A stretch of DNA of 64,000 nucleotides from Okamejei kenojei (taxonomy: Eukaryota). The notes beneath the pieces are model-generated. The model worked only from the letters and a program-made list of their open reading frames with translations, made no database searches and was not told the DNA's origin. Below, one piece after another: positions 42,201 to 54,200 of the stretch. The stretch lies in the NCBI GenBank assembly GCA_035221665.1, contig CM069148.1, positions 49,786,001-49,850,000 of the forward strand. The letters are read 5' to 3'. The position numbers and the translations under genes were made by a program. Within the stretch, counting starts at the first letter, position 1; every line of letters starts with the position of its first letter.

Positions 42201-45200
42201 TTACAGACCAGTTAGTCTAACATCGGTAGTGGGGAAACTGCTAGAGTCAATTATTAAAGATGGGATAGCAGCGCATTTGGACATTGGTAAAATCATTGGA
42301 CAATGTCAGCATGGATTTACGAAGGGTAAATCATGTCTGACGAATCTTATTGAATTTTTTGAGGATGTAACTAGTAGAGTGGATAAGGGAGAAGCAGTGG
42401 ATGTGTTGTATCTGGACTTTAAGAAGGCTTACGACAAGGTCCCACACAAGAGATTGGTATACAAACTTAAAGCACACGGTATTGGTGGTTCAGTATTGAT
42501 GTGGATAGAGAACTGGCTGGCAGACAGGAAGCAAAGAGTAGGAGTGAATGGGTCCTTTTCAGGATGGCAGACAGTGACTAGTGGGGTGCCGCAAGGCTCA
42601 GTGCTGGGACCCCAGCTATTTACAATATATATTAATGATTTGGACGAGGGAATTAAATGCAACATCTCGAAGTTTGCGGATGACATGAAGCTGGGGGGCA
42701 ATGTTTGCTGTGAGGAGGATGCTAGGAGACTGCAGGATGACTTGGATAGACTGGGTGAGCAGGCAAATGCATAGCAGATGGAGTATAATGTGGATAAATG
42801 TGAGGTTATCTACTTTGGTGGCAAAAACAGGAAGGTAGACTATTATTTGAATGGTGACCGATTAGGAAAAGGGAGTTGCAGCGAGACCTGGGTGTCATGG
42901 TACACCAGTCATTGAAAGTAGGCATGCAGGTGCAGCAGACTGTAGAGAGCGAATGGTATGTTGGCATTCATAGCAAAAGGATTTGAGTACAAGAGCAGGG
43001 AGGTTCTACTGCAGTTGTACAGGGTCTTGGTGAGGCCACACCTGGAGTATTGCGTGCAGTTTTGGTCTCCTAATCTAAGGAAAGACATTCTTGCCATAGA
43101 AGGAGTACAGAGAAGGTTCACCAGACTGGTTCCTGGGATGGCACGACTTCCATATGAAGAAAGACTGGATAGACTTGGCTTGTACTCGCTGGAATTTAGA
43201 AGATTGAGGGGTGATCTCATAGAGACTTACAAAATTCTTAAGGGGTTGGACAGGCTAGATGCAGGAAGATTGTTCCCAATGTTGGGGGAGTCCAGGACAA
43301 GGGGTCACAGTTTAAGGATAAGGGGGAAGTCTTTTAGGACCGAGATGAGAAAATCGTTTTTCACACAGAGAGTGGTGAATCTGTGGAATTCTCTGCCACA
43401 GAAGGTAGTTGAGGCCAGTTCGTTGGCCATATTTAAGAGGGAGTTTTATGTGGCCCTTGTGGCTGAAGGGATCAGGGGGTATGGAGAGAAGGCAGGTACA
43501 GGATACTGAGTTGGATGATCAGCCATGATCATATTGAATGGCGGTGCAGACTCAAAGGGCCGAATGACTTGCTCCTGCACCTAATTTCTATGTTTCTATG
43601 TTAATACAAATTTGGAAACAAATAAAACTAACTTTAAACTAAGAAATAAAATTAACTTAAAACCTTCTTGAATTTTTGAAGCGGTTACTAGGGAAGTTGA
43701 TGAGGGCAAAGCAGTGGATGTTGTCTATATGGATTTCAGTAAGGCCTTTGAGAAGGTTCCCCATGGAAGGTTGGTTAAGAAAGTTCAATCTTTGGGTGTT
43801 AATGGCGGAGTAGCAAGATGGATTCAACAGTGGCTGAATGGGAGATGTCAGAGAGTAATGGTGGATGGCTGTTTGTCAGGTTGGAAGCCTTTTAACCCGT
43901 GGGGTGCCTCAGGGATCTGTGTTGGGTCCACTGTTGTTTGTCATGTACATCAATGATCTGGATGATGGGGTGGAAAATTGGATAAATAAGTATGCAGATG
44001 ATACTAAGGTAGGTGGTGTTGTGGATAATGAAGTAGATTTTCAATGTCTACAGAGAGATTTGGGCCATTTGGAAAAGTGGGCTGAAAGATGGCAGATGGA
44101 GTTTAATGCTGATATGTGTGAAGTGCTACATATTGGCAGGGCAAATCAAAATAGGACGTACATTTGGTAGGGAATTGAGGAATGCTGTGGAACAGAGAGA
44201 TCTAGGAATAACTGTGCATAGTTCCCTGAAGGTGGAATCGCATGTAGATGGGGTGGTAAAGAAAGCCTTTGGTGTGCTGGCTTTTATAAATCAGAGCATT
44301 GAAGTAGGGAAGTGATGTTAAAATTGTCCAATTCTGGAGTATGGTGTACAATTTTGGTCGCCTAATTATAGGAAGGATGTCAACAAAATAGAGAGCGTAC
44401 AGAGGAGATTTACTAGAATGTTGCCTGGGTTCCAGCAACTATGTTACAGAGAAAGGTTGAACAAGTTAGGTCTTTATTCTTTGGAGCGCAGAAGGTTAAG
44501 GGGGGACTTGATTGAGGTCTTTAAAATGATGAAAGGGATAGACAGAGCTGACGTGGATAAGCTTTTCCCATTGAGGGTAGGGAAGATTCAAACAAGAGGG
44601 TATAACATGCGAATTAAGGGACGGAAGTTTAGGGGTAACGTGAGGGGGAACTTCTTTACTCAGAGGGTGGTGGCTGTGTGGAATGAGCTTCCAGCAGAAG
44701 CGGTGGAGGCAGGATCGATTTTAACATTTAAAAGTAAAGTGGAGAGGTATATGGACGGGAAGGGAATGGAGGGGTATGGTCTGAGTGCAGATAGATGGAA
44801 CTTGGGGAAAACAAATGATCGGCACGGACTGGAAGGGCCGGCAGGGCCTGTTTCCGTGCTGTAATTGTTATATGGTTTTAAAATTAAGAAAATGATCGCT
44901 TCTTTCTTGAATAGCTAATAATCTCTCATTCAAACCATCCATTATTGATAAAACGTTTATACATTGGGAAAGAATAGGAATTAAAACAATGGGAGATATG
45001 TATGAAATGGGAAAACTTTTATCATTCCAACAATTACAACTAAAATATAATTTGAAAAGTAATCAATATTTCAAATATCTTCAAATTCAAGATTATTTGA
45101 AAAAAAATATACAAAGATATCAAACTTTAACCCCAGATTTATTGGAGGAAGGAATGAATAGAAAGGCAGAATCAAGCAATTTAATATCTTACTTATATAA

Positions 45201-48200
45201 TACAATTCTAAATGTAGAAACACCAATAACAGAGGCAATTAGAAGGGACTGCTAACAAGAGTTATTGATAAAAATTCCGAACGATAGATGGGAAAAAAAA
45301 TTATATGGAAATAAATGTTCAATTAATGTAAGACATAATCTAATTCAATTTAAAATTTTACATAGACTATATTATTCGAAAACTAGACTGAATAAAATAT
45401 TTTCAAATGTTTCACCCATCTGTGATAAATGTCTAACTCAAAATGCCACTATAGCACATTCCTTTGTCTCTTGTACAAAACTGTATAAATTTTGGAATGA
45501 AATGTTTGGAATTTTTACAAAACTATTTAACACAAAATTGAACCCCAATACAGAACTGATTATCTTTGGATCAATGGAAGAGGGAAGTAAACTAACTATA
45601 TTCCAAGAAGCTTTTCTTAATTACGGTCTAATAACAGCAAAAAAGCTTATACTCAAATTTTGGAAAAACACAACCACGCCAACATTCAAAATGTGGATTT
45701 GAAACATGTCTGAAATGCTACATCTTGAAGAAATGAGATTCCTCCTAATAGGCAAAGTTGATCTATTCTTAAAGACTTGATTGTGGATCTTTTATCAACT
45801 TTTTACAAGCATATGGTGCAACATAACATAACCGTAGAAATTAAATGGTTTAGGACCGGGTGACGGATGGGCAAAAATACGAAATAGGTAGATCTCCTAT
45901 TTCTTTACTTTCTCCTTTTCTTTCAATCTGTTTAGCTTCTCATCTCTGTCCTTTATTTCTTAGGCTATCCGTTTCTACTCGCTTGTCTATCTATTCCGAC
46001 ACACTTTATTTATTTTTTCTCTCACTATTCTTTTATTATTAAATCATAAATACGAAGTTGTACAAGAATGGAAATTTGTATGTATGTATTAGGTACTCAA
46101 GTACCACACTATTGTACTCACTTCTAACAAAAATAAACAACAACAAAAAAACAAAAAAAAAAAACAAACAAAAAAAACAAAAAAAAACATACACACTAGG
46201 GGCAATTTATAGAAGTCCACACCGTCACAGGGAAAATGTACAAACTCCATACAGATAGCACCCGTAGTAGGATGGAACTTGAGTCACTGGCACTGGAAGG
46301 CAGCAAATCTATCACTGTGCCACCCACAGCCTTTCCCCACAATCAACTAGAATGCCGATGTAATGAACTGTAAGTGGACTGTTTTACAAAAAAAGACACA
46401 AATAGTTGGAGTAACTTAGTGGGTCAGGCAGCATTTCTGGCGAAACATGGACAAGTGATGTTTTCAGTCAGAACACTTGTGGTACTCCAGCATTTTATGT
46501 CCTTTTCAGGGTAGAAAGTTGATGTTGGTGGTATTAGCTACAAGGAGAAGATGGACAGACTTGCATTGTTTTCTCTGGAACGTCAGAGGTTGCGTAGACA
46601 CATGGTGGAGATGTGTAGGGTATTTTTAGTTTGCAGGTGTATCGCTACACAGCTTGTAACTACATATATAACGATTGAGTGAGTAATTTTTTGTGATCTG
46701 TTTCAAAGAGTAGATTGTCAGAACGTTTTATCCCTGGGTGAAAATGTCAAAGACATATACACAGAGGTCAAATTCATTAGAATTCAGGCTTGAGAGATAC
46801 GGCGTGGAAACAGGCCCTTTAGACCACCGAGTCCATGCCGACCAGCGATCACCACGTACACTAGCACTATCCCACACCGTAGGGAAAATTTAACAATTTT
46901 ACCAAAGCCAAATTAACTACAAACCTGCAGATGTTTAGAGGGTGGGAGGAAACCGGAGCACCCGGAGAAAACCCATCACAGGGAGAACGTACAAACTCCA
47001 CACTGACGAGGTCAGGATTGAACCGGTTTCGCTGGAATGTGAGATAGCAGCTCTACCCACTGCGCCACTGTGCACGCCTGAAATATTTGTTAGTTGTTTT
47101 TACCTGAAACAATCATTGAAGATTCGCCGCTTCCCTGGTCTGGGCTGATAAAGACTACGCAGGTATAATCTCCTTCTTCATTAAATTGAACACGTGGGAG
47201 GAAGAGAGAAGCAATTCCCTTCTTTAACTCATCATCATAAATCGCAGCATCTTTTCTGTAAGATGTATGCCTTCCTCCGCTGAATTTATACACTTCATCC
47301 TTGGTGGAAGCCCCGAACTTTTTATGGTACCAGATGACACCCACATTTTGAAGGTTGATCTCACTGGTCTTGTAACCAGACACTCGGCATTCAAGAAGGG
47401 CATCTTTATTCACAGGGACTTCCACCATTCTTGAATTCATTGACACAACCAGATCTCCTCCTTCTGGAATCATAGAGAAACAAGTTGCCAGTCTACAAAC
47501 AAATCGCCAAATAAAAAGTAGGAAACAAATTTTTAGAGAATTTTGCCAGCACGGTGATGCAGTGTGAAAATGTAGTTTAGAGATAAAGTGGAAACAGCCC
47601 CTTTGGCACATCGAATCCGTGCCGACGAGCAATACACTAGTGTTATCCTGGCGAATCTGTGGGATTCTTTGCCACGGAAGGCTGTGGAGGCAGTCAATGG
47701 ATATAATTAAGGCAGAGGTAGATAGATTTTTGATTAGGACGGGTGTCAGGGGTTATGGAAGGTAGGAGAATCAGGTTAGGAGGGAGAGACAGATCAGTCA
47801 TGACTGATTGGTGGAGTAGACTTGATGGGCCAAATAGACTAATTCTACTCCTTTCACTTATGTTCTTATGATCCTACACACTAGGGACAATTTATAAGTT
47901 TACAGAAACCAATTAACCTATGAAACTGCACGCAGTCACAGGGTGAACGTACAAACTCCGTTCACACAGCACTTGAAAATATATCAATTATTCGTATTGA
48001 CTTTAGCAAAATAATCCCAATAATCTGAAGAAGGGTCTCGACCCAAAATGTCACCTATTTCTTCGCTCCATAGATGCTGCCTCACCCGCTGAGTTTCTCC
48101 AGCATTCTTATCTAATTTTAAATTCATTTGTTGATAAACATTGCCCTTAAGGTTCCTATTAAATCTTTCTCCTCTCACCTTAAACCTATGTGGTTCTTGA

Positions 48201-51200
48201 TTCCTCTACTCTGAGCAAGAGTGTATATTTATCTATTCCCCTCATGATAGTATACACCTCTATAAGATCACCCCTCAGCCTCCTGCCCTCCAAGGAACAG
48301 TCCCAGCCTGCCCAACCTCTCCCTAGAGCTCAGGCCCTCGGGTCCTGCCAAAATCCTGCTGAATCCTCTCTGCACCTTTTTCAGATTTATGGCAGTAAAC
48401 TGTAAAGAGCACAGAGAAAATCTAGTATCAATGCAACTTGTCACTGATTGGTGTGAGATTGAGTGTACATTGGTGGGAGATTGTTTGTACATAAGTGTGA
48501 GTATGTGTACATCGGTGAGAGCGAGTGCACACTGAAAAAGATGCAAGTGGGACAGGCCCATGAGTGTACACTGGTGTGGGTATGGGTGTACACGGGAGTG
48601 AGTGTACACTGGTGCTGGTGTGAGGGTGCACTAGAGTGAGTGAGCACTGTGGGAGTGAGTGTACAATGGAGTGCATGTGAGTGTACACTGGAGTGAGTGT
48701 GAGTGTACACTGGAGTGAGTGTGAGTGTACACTGGAATGTGAGTGTACACTGGTGTGAGTGTGAGTGTACACTGGTGTGAGTGTGAGTGTACACTGGTGT
48801 GAGTGTACACTGGTGTGAGTGTTAGTGTACACTGGAGTGAGTGTGAGTGTACACTGGAGTGAGTGTAGTGAGGTTTCACGGCAGTCGGGTCATGACTGGT
48901 CATGACACCAGTGTACACTCACTCACACCAGTGTACACTTACTCTCACCGATGTACACATACTCACACTTATGTACAATCTCCCACCAATGTACACTCAA
49001 TCTCACACCAATCAGTGACAAGTTGCATTGATACTAGATTTTCTCTGTGCTCTTTACAGTTTACTGCCATAAATCTGAAAAAGGTGCAGAGAGAATTCAG
49101 CAGGATTTTGCTGCTACGCCAAGTGGAGTACACGCGATGAATTGCAGGTAAGCACTGACCATTGTTTCCAGCGTAGCGAGCCCGTTAAAACCCGCCAAAA
49201 TTGTCAATTTTTGCGTTGTAAATAATTATGGAAATCGGGATAAGCGTGAGAGACATTTATCCTACTTGAGAATTCCAAAAATGTGGAGAAATGACGGTAG
49301 ATAGAAGCGACAGCTGAAGGGACAACAACAACAACAGCCAAAGTGCTTGGCGAACATTGGCCGTTTGCTCACTGCATTTCATCAACTAAGACATTATTTG
49401 TGTTTTTTCTTGATTCCTTTGGCATCTAAAAAGTTTCAAAAGTGATAAATCTGGCTGTAAATTTTTCTAATCGCCTATGGTTCTCAAATGGGTTTCTACA
49501 TACAAAAGGAAAACGCCTCTGAAGCAAAATTTACAGCCAGATTTATCAGTTCTGAGACTTTTTAGATACCAAAGGAATAGAAACATAGAAAGAAACATAG
49601 AAAAATAGGTGCAGGAATAGGCCATTCGGCCCTTCAAGCCTGCACCGCCATCCAACTCAGTATCCCATATTTGCCTTCTCTCCATACCCCCCTGATCCCT
49701 TTAGCCACAAGCCACATCCAACCCCCTCTTGAATATAGCCGATGAACTGGCCTCAACAACCTTCTGTGGCAGAGAATAGTAAGATTAAACGAGAACTTAC
49801 CAAGTTTGAAGGTTGATCTTTATTTTACGAGGAGTCGCGGTGAGGGATTTCGTGAAGACCCCGCCAGCACGCATGTGCGACATCCTTCAAAGCAGTGGTG
49901 TGGAATCACAGAACGCACCATGACTAAAAATAGTAAGATGAAGTACGTAGAACTTCCTAGTTGACCTTACGATAGAGGGTGGGAGCGGGGGGCACGAAAT
50001 CCATCACCGCGACTCGTAAAATAAAGATCAACCTTCAAACTTGGTAAGTTCTCGTTTAATCGTACTATTTTACTTCGGAGTCAGTAAATAGGACCAGTGG
50101 CTTATTATAGAACCTTTGGAAGGTTTCTTCACTAGCCCAGCCCGCGGTGGCGAGGATGTGGTCCATGGGCACCTCCATGGCCCTCGCCGCTGATGTGGAT
50201 GCAGCCCTAGTGGAATGAGATTTAAAAATGTTAGTAGCAACTCCTGCCGCATCCAACACCACCCTGAGCCACCTGGCAATAGTCTGTACAGTCACCCGAT
50301 GATGCGGCGGTTTGTGGCTGATGAGGAGCCCCTGCTCCTTCTTCCTGATGGTTCTTGTAATTCAGATATAGTAGTGGAGGTGGTTGACTATGCAGAGGGT
50401 GGCATCTACAGGGTATGCCCGAAACTCCAACTGCAGCCCATGAGCCCCTGGCCTGTGCTGCTTCAATAAGTCCTGGACAAAGAGGTTTATTTGATCAGGG
50501 GCAGAAATCATGCTATCCAGCCGCAGTTTTTGTAACATCTGGACTCGTTGGGCTGTAGTCAGTGCCATCAGCATCACCACTTTGAGGGTGAGCTGTTTGA
50601 GTGGTAACTCGTTCATTGGAGCCCAGCTCCTCAGTAGGGTCAGAACGATCCCTACATCCCAGGTGAAGTTGTATCTGGGTCGTGGAGGGTTGGTGTTGAA
50701 CACTCCCCTCATGAGTTTAGACACCGGGTGGTTTGAGCCTATACCTATATCCAGGTATGAGGAGAATGCACTCCTGGATCTGTTGATGCCACTAGAGCTA
50801 AGGCCAGCATCAAAATGAAGCTAGGAATTCCAGGACATCAGGTATAGTTGCCGTATTGGAAGTCTTGTTGGTACGAGAACAGAATGACTCCCACTTTCTG
50901 ATCTGCGTGAGGTACTGCCTCCGAGTTGATTCTCGGCATGATGCTGAGATGAGTTCCATGGCTCGTGGTGAGATGCCCGCCTTGATGAGTGGTCTTTTTA
51001 GAACCTGCAGGCCAACAAGTTTAGGTGACCATGGCATGGATGACTATCCCCCGTAATGGGGTGAGTAATCAATTTGGGGTGTTTCCCAATCGAAAGCCAT
51101 GGTTGTTTTAAAATTTTAAGGACCATCGGGTACCATGGCTGTGTAGGCCAGTCGGGAATGATCAATATGCCAGTTGCAGAGTCCAGTTTAATTTTTCTGC

Positions 51201-54200
51201 AATACCCGACTGATGAGGCAAAATGGGGGAAATGCGTAGCAAAACCATTTCCCCCAATGGATAGAAAACGCATCCATTGCTATTGCCCCAGAGTCTGGTT
51301 CCCAAGACACATACGTTGGTATCTGATGGTTCAACCTGGACGCAAAAAGGTCAATATCTGGTGTCCCATAGTGAGCTATAATGTCTCCAAAAATTTGGGG
51401 GTTCAACATCCACTCGATGTTGTCATTGAATACTCGTGACCTGGTGTCCGCCACTGTGTTAAGCTTCCCTGGCAAATAGGTCGCTGTAATCCAAATATTC
51501 CTCTCGATACACCAGTGCCAAATTGTGTTGCCAATTCATCACAAGATAGCGACCTGATACCACCCATATGATTGATGTAAGCCACCACTGTTGTGTTATC
51601 TATTTGGAGGCGGACATGTAAGTCCCGTGAATTAGTACAGTAAGCCCGCAGTCCATGAAATGCCCCTAGCTTTTCTATATAGTTTATCCCGTGTGACTGA
51701 AGGAAAGTAGCGTCACGAGAGTCCCATCTGCCACCACAACTGGACATACTATCAGTTGCTCCCCAGCCTTTTGCGCTTGCGTCAGTCTGTAGCACGACAG
51801 ATGGGTTGCTTCCTATGATGGGTCTGCAACACTCACTAATATTGTCAATCCACCATTGTAGCTCGGTTCTAGCTTTTGGTGGTAACCGGATTGGTCGATC
51901 AAAGTGCCCAGCATTTGCTTTTAATGCTGCGATCTTTGTTCTTTGTAAATTTTGGTAGTGCAGCAGTCCGAATTGTGCAGCTGGGAAATGTAGCTACCAA
52001 TTTCCCTATTGCTTTTGTCGTTTGCCGGATGGTCGGTAACCTGGCGCAAGCAAGAGTGTGGCACTCTTCTTTTATAGCAGTAGCTTTATTGGTTGGAATG
52101 GTAATCTTCATTAAATTGGTGTCTAGGGTGAACCCCAAATAATCCATAACCTGTACCGGGTGCAATTTTGACTTGTCTGGATGGATTACAAATCCCAGCT
52201 TCTCAAATAAAGCCTTAGTTGCAGCCACTGCCCGTATAGCCAATTGGAGGGTCTGACCCACTATTAGGATATCATCTAAACATGCCATGACCATGTAATT
52301 TTGTTGTCGGAGAAGAGCCAATATAGGGTTTACTAGTTTTGTAAATAGCCTAGGGGCTGCGGTAATTCCATTGGGCAATGCCTTGTATTCCCAATTTCCT
52401 GTGAGAATCAGTGATGGGCACCGTATAGTATGCATCTTTTAAATTGATGCATGCCATAAAGTACCCCAGGTAAAGCATCTGCTTGGCTGTTTCAAAGGTA
52501 TCCAATTTGAAGTGGGTATATTGTACAAAAGTGTTCAACTCAGTTAGGGCTATTATAATCCGACACCCCCCATCTTTTTTAATTCTGGTGAAAATGTTGG
52601 ACACAAACTCAAGGGGTTCGTGCGTTGTCTTGCCAATCACCCCTTTTTGCTGCTAACCGTATAATTTCAGCCTGTCCTGCTTCCACCTCTCTTTGGGATA
52701 GTGCAAATTTCCGATGAGGCAAATGCTGGGTAGGGGGATTTTTACCACCAATGAATTCTATAACATAGCCTTGAACAATTTGTAAAATAAACTCATCTGT
52801 TGTGATTGTGTTCCATATTCCCAAAAAGGCCTGCAATCGCCCACCAATTTGTGCAGGAAGGGATGCTACGGTCTGAAAAGAACCAGGCCCCCTTACCTCC
52901 TGGCGTATGTCGTTTTGGGTGGACGTTGTGGAGGTTGTCAGGATGGCGGCCGCATCTTCCATGCAGGTCTGTTCTGGCCTTGTCCTAAAAAAGGCCGCTG
53001 TGTTTGGGGAAGTGGAGGTGGATAGGTCCTTTGTGTCCTGTCCGGCAGCCGCGGTTTCCAGTTTGTATGTGGTTGTTGCCGGTGGTATGGGTGAAGTCTA
53101 GTCGCAGGAGGTTTCAACTGTTTTGGCCTCCTCGTCTAGTTCCTTCACTTGTTTGGACAGATCTCCAAACAGTTGATGAGGCGGTAGAGCGGTTGATGGA
53201 CGGCACAACCCCGCGAATTTGGGGTTGAGTGTGGGCTTAATGGAGCTCTTAAGCAGGCAGTTGATCTCATACTGGGCGTTGCATAGGAGTGCCAGGGCAT
53301 CTTGTTGTTCACTGGACACATTATCCCCGTCAAGGGTCCTAGCAAACGCCGTTATGCCCGTGGAGAGGACCTTCAAGATACGCTGGAGGGGGACATCCTG
53401 CATCCTGGTGGCCGTACTCAAGTGTCCCCAGATTTGGGCATTAACCAGGGGAACACCTAGGTTTTATTTTCTCGGGCGGTTTTATTTTCTCCATAGTATC
53501 ATTGAGTACCTGACTCTGGAGTTGGTGAGTAGTCAGGTAATCAATGGTGCCCGCCAGTTTGTGGTGCAGGGGTTCCCCTGTTTGTGTGGTTGCGGCAAAC
53601 TTGCTCACCACGTCCAGCATATCCTCCTCATGCTCTGGCTCAGCGGTCACTGGCTGTCCCGGGTCGTCTTCAAATACAGCGGCTGGGCAACTGCTGGCAC
53701 TTCTAGCTGGTGAAGACGAGATACTGAGAGGACTCCTTGCACGGCTTGTGAATGCCTGTGAGTCCCGTTCTTCCCAGTCCCTGTCCCGCTGGAGGAGTTG
53801 TTCCACTAAGAGCTCCAACCGCTCTATGCGACCGTCCCTGCTATGTGCAGCAGACATGCCGATTTCCCCAGGCCCTGCAAATTCACTGGGGCTTCCACCA
53901 TCGGACCACACCTCCGTAAGGTGCTGTCTAGGGTCCAATGGCAGGTCGTCGTGGCCTACCGCCCGAGTAGGCTCATACGACTCCCGCACGGACTCTCCGC
54001 TAGTCTGGCTTCTCCCAGACTGTGGCGGCCCACCTGTCTGATACGAAGGCAGGCGAGTTGGATCGGCGCCGGCCCCGGGAACCTGGCTCCCCGTAGTCCG
54101 TGCAGGCTTACCTCCACAATCGCCCAATTTTTGGCGTGGAGGCGCATGGTCGGCCGCTCCCAGAGCTGAGCTGACCGACCGTCTACTGCTGCCACCTCCG

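Larger units (their letters stand above)
39009..46188 (+). mobile_element. 5'-truncated L1 ORF2 3' end, split by two CR1 insertions (L1 parts 39009-39050, 43602-43661, 44878-46188)
   Basis: NPIIHSI|IQIWKQIK rejoins across the first CR1. CDKC...H...C zinc knuckle, AATAAA and A-rich tail at ~46130-46188. Confidence 0.85.

Noticed and set aside
15465-47463. Immunoglobulin heavy-chain (IgW/IgNAR/IgM) or TCR locus
   Set aside because: The V exon is complete and splices directly to C1; I saw no RSS or D/J segments, no WGxG/FGxG J motif and no antigen-receptor TM motif. The V-C1 pair fits B7-H6 better.
48428-48918. His/Thr-rich ORFs, or a CRISPR-like array
   Set aside because: These are translations of a minisatellite; there are no unique spacers and the context is eukaryotic.
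51188-51475. Stand-alone DNA methyltransferase gene
   Set aside because: It is the usual methyltransferase-like domain of DIRS pol, and it is frameshifted here.
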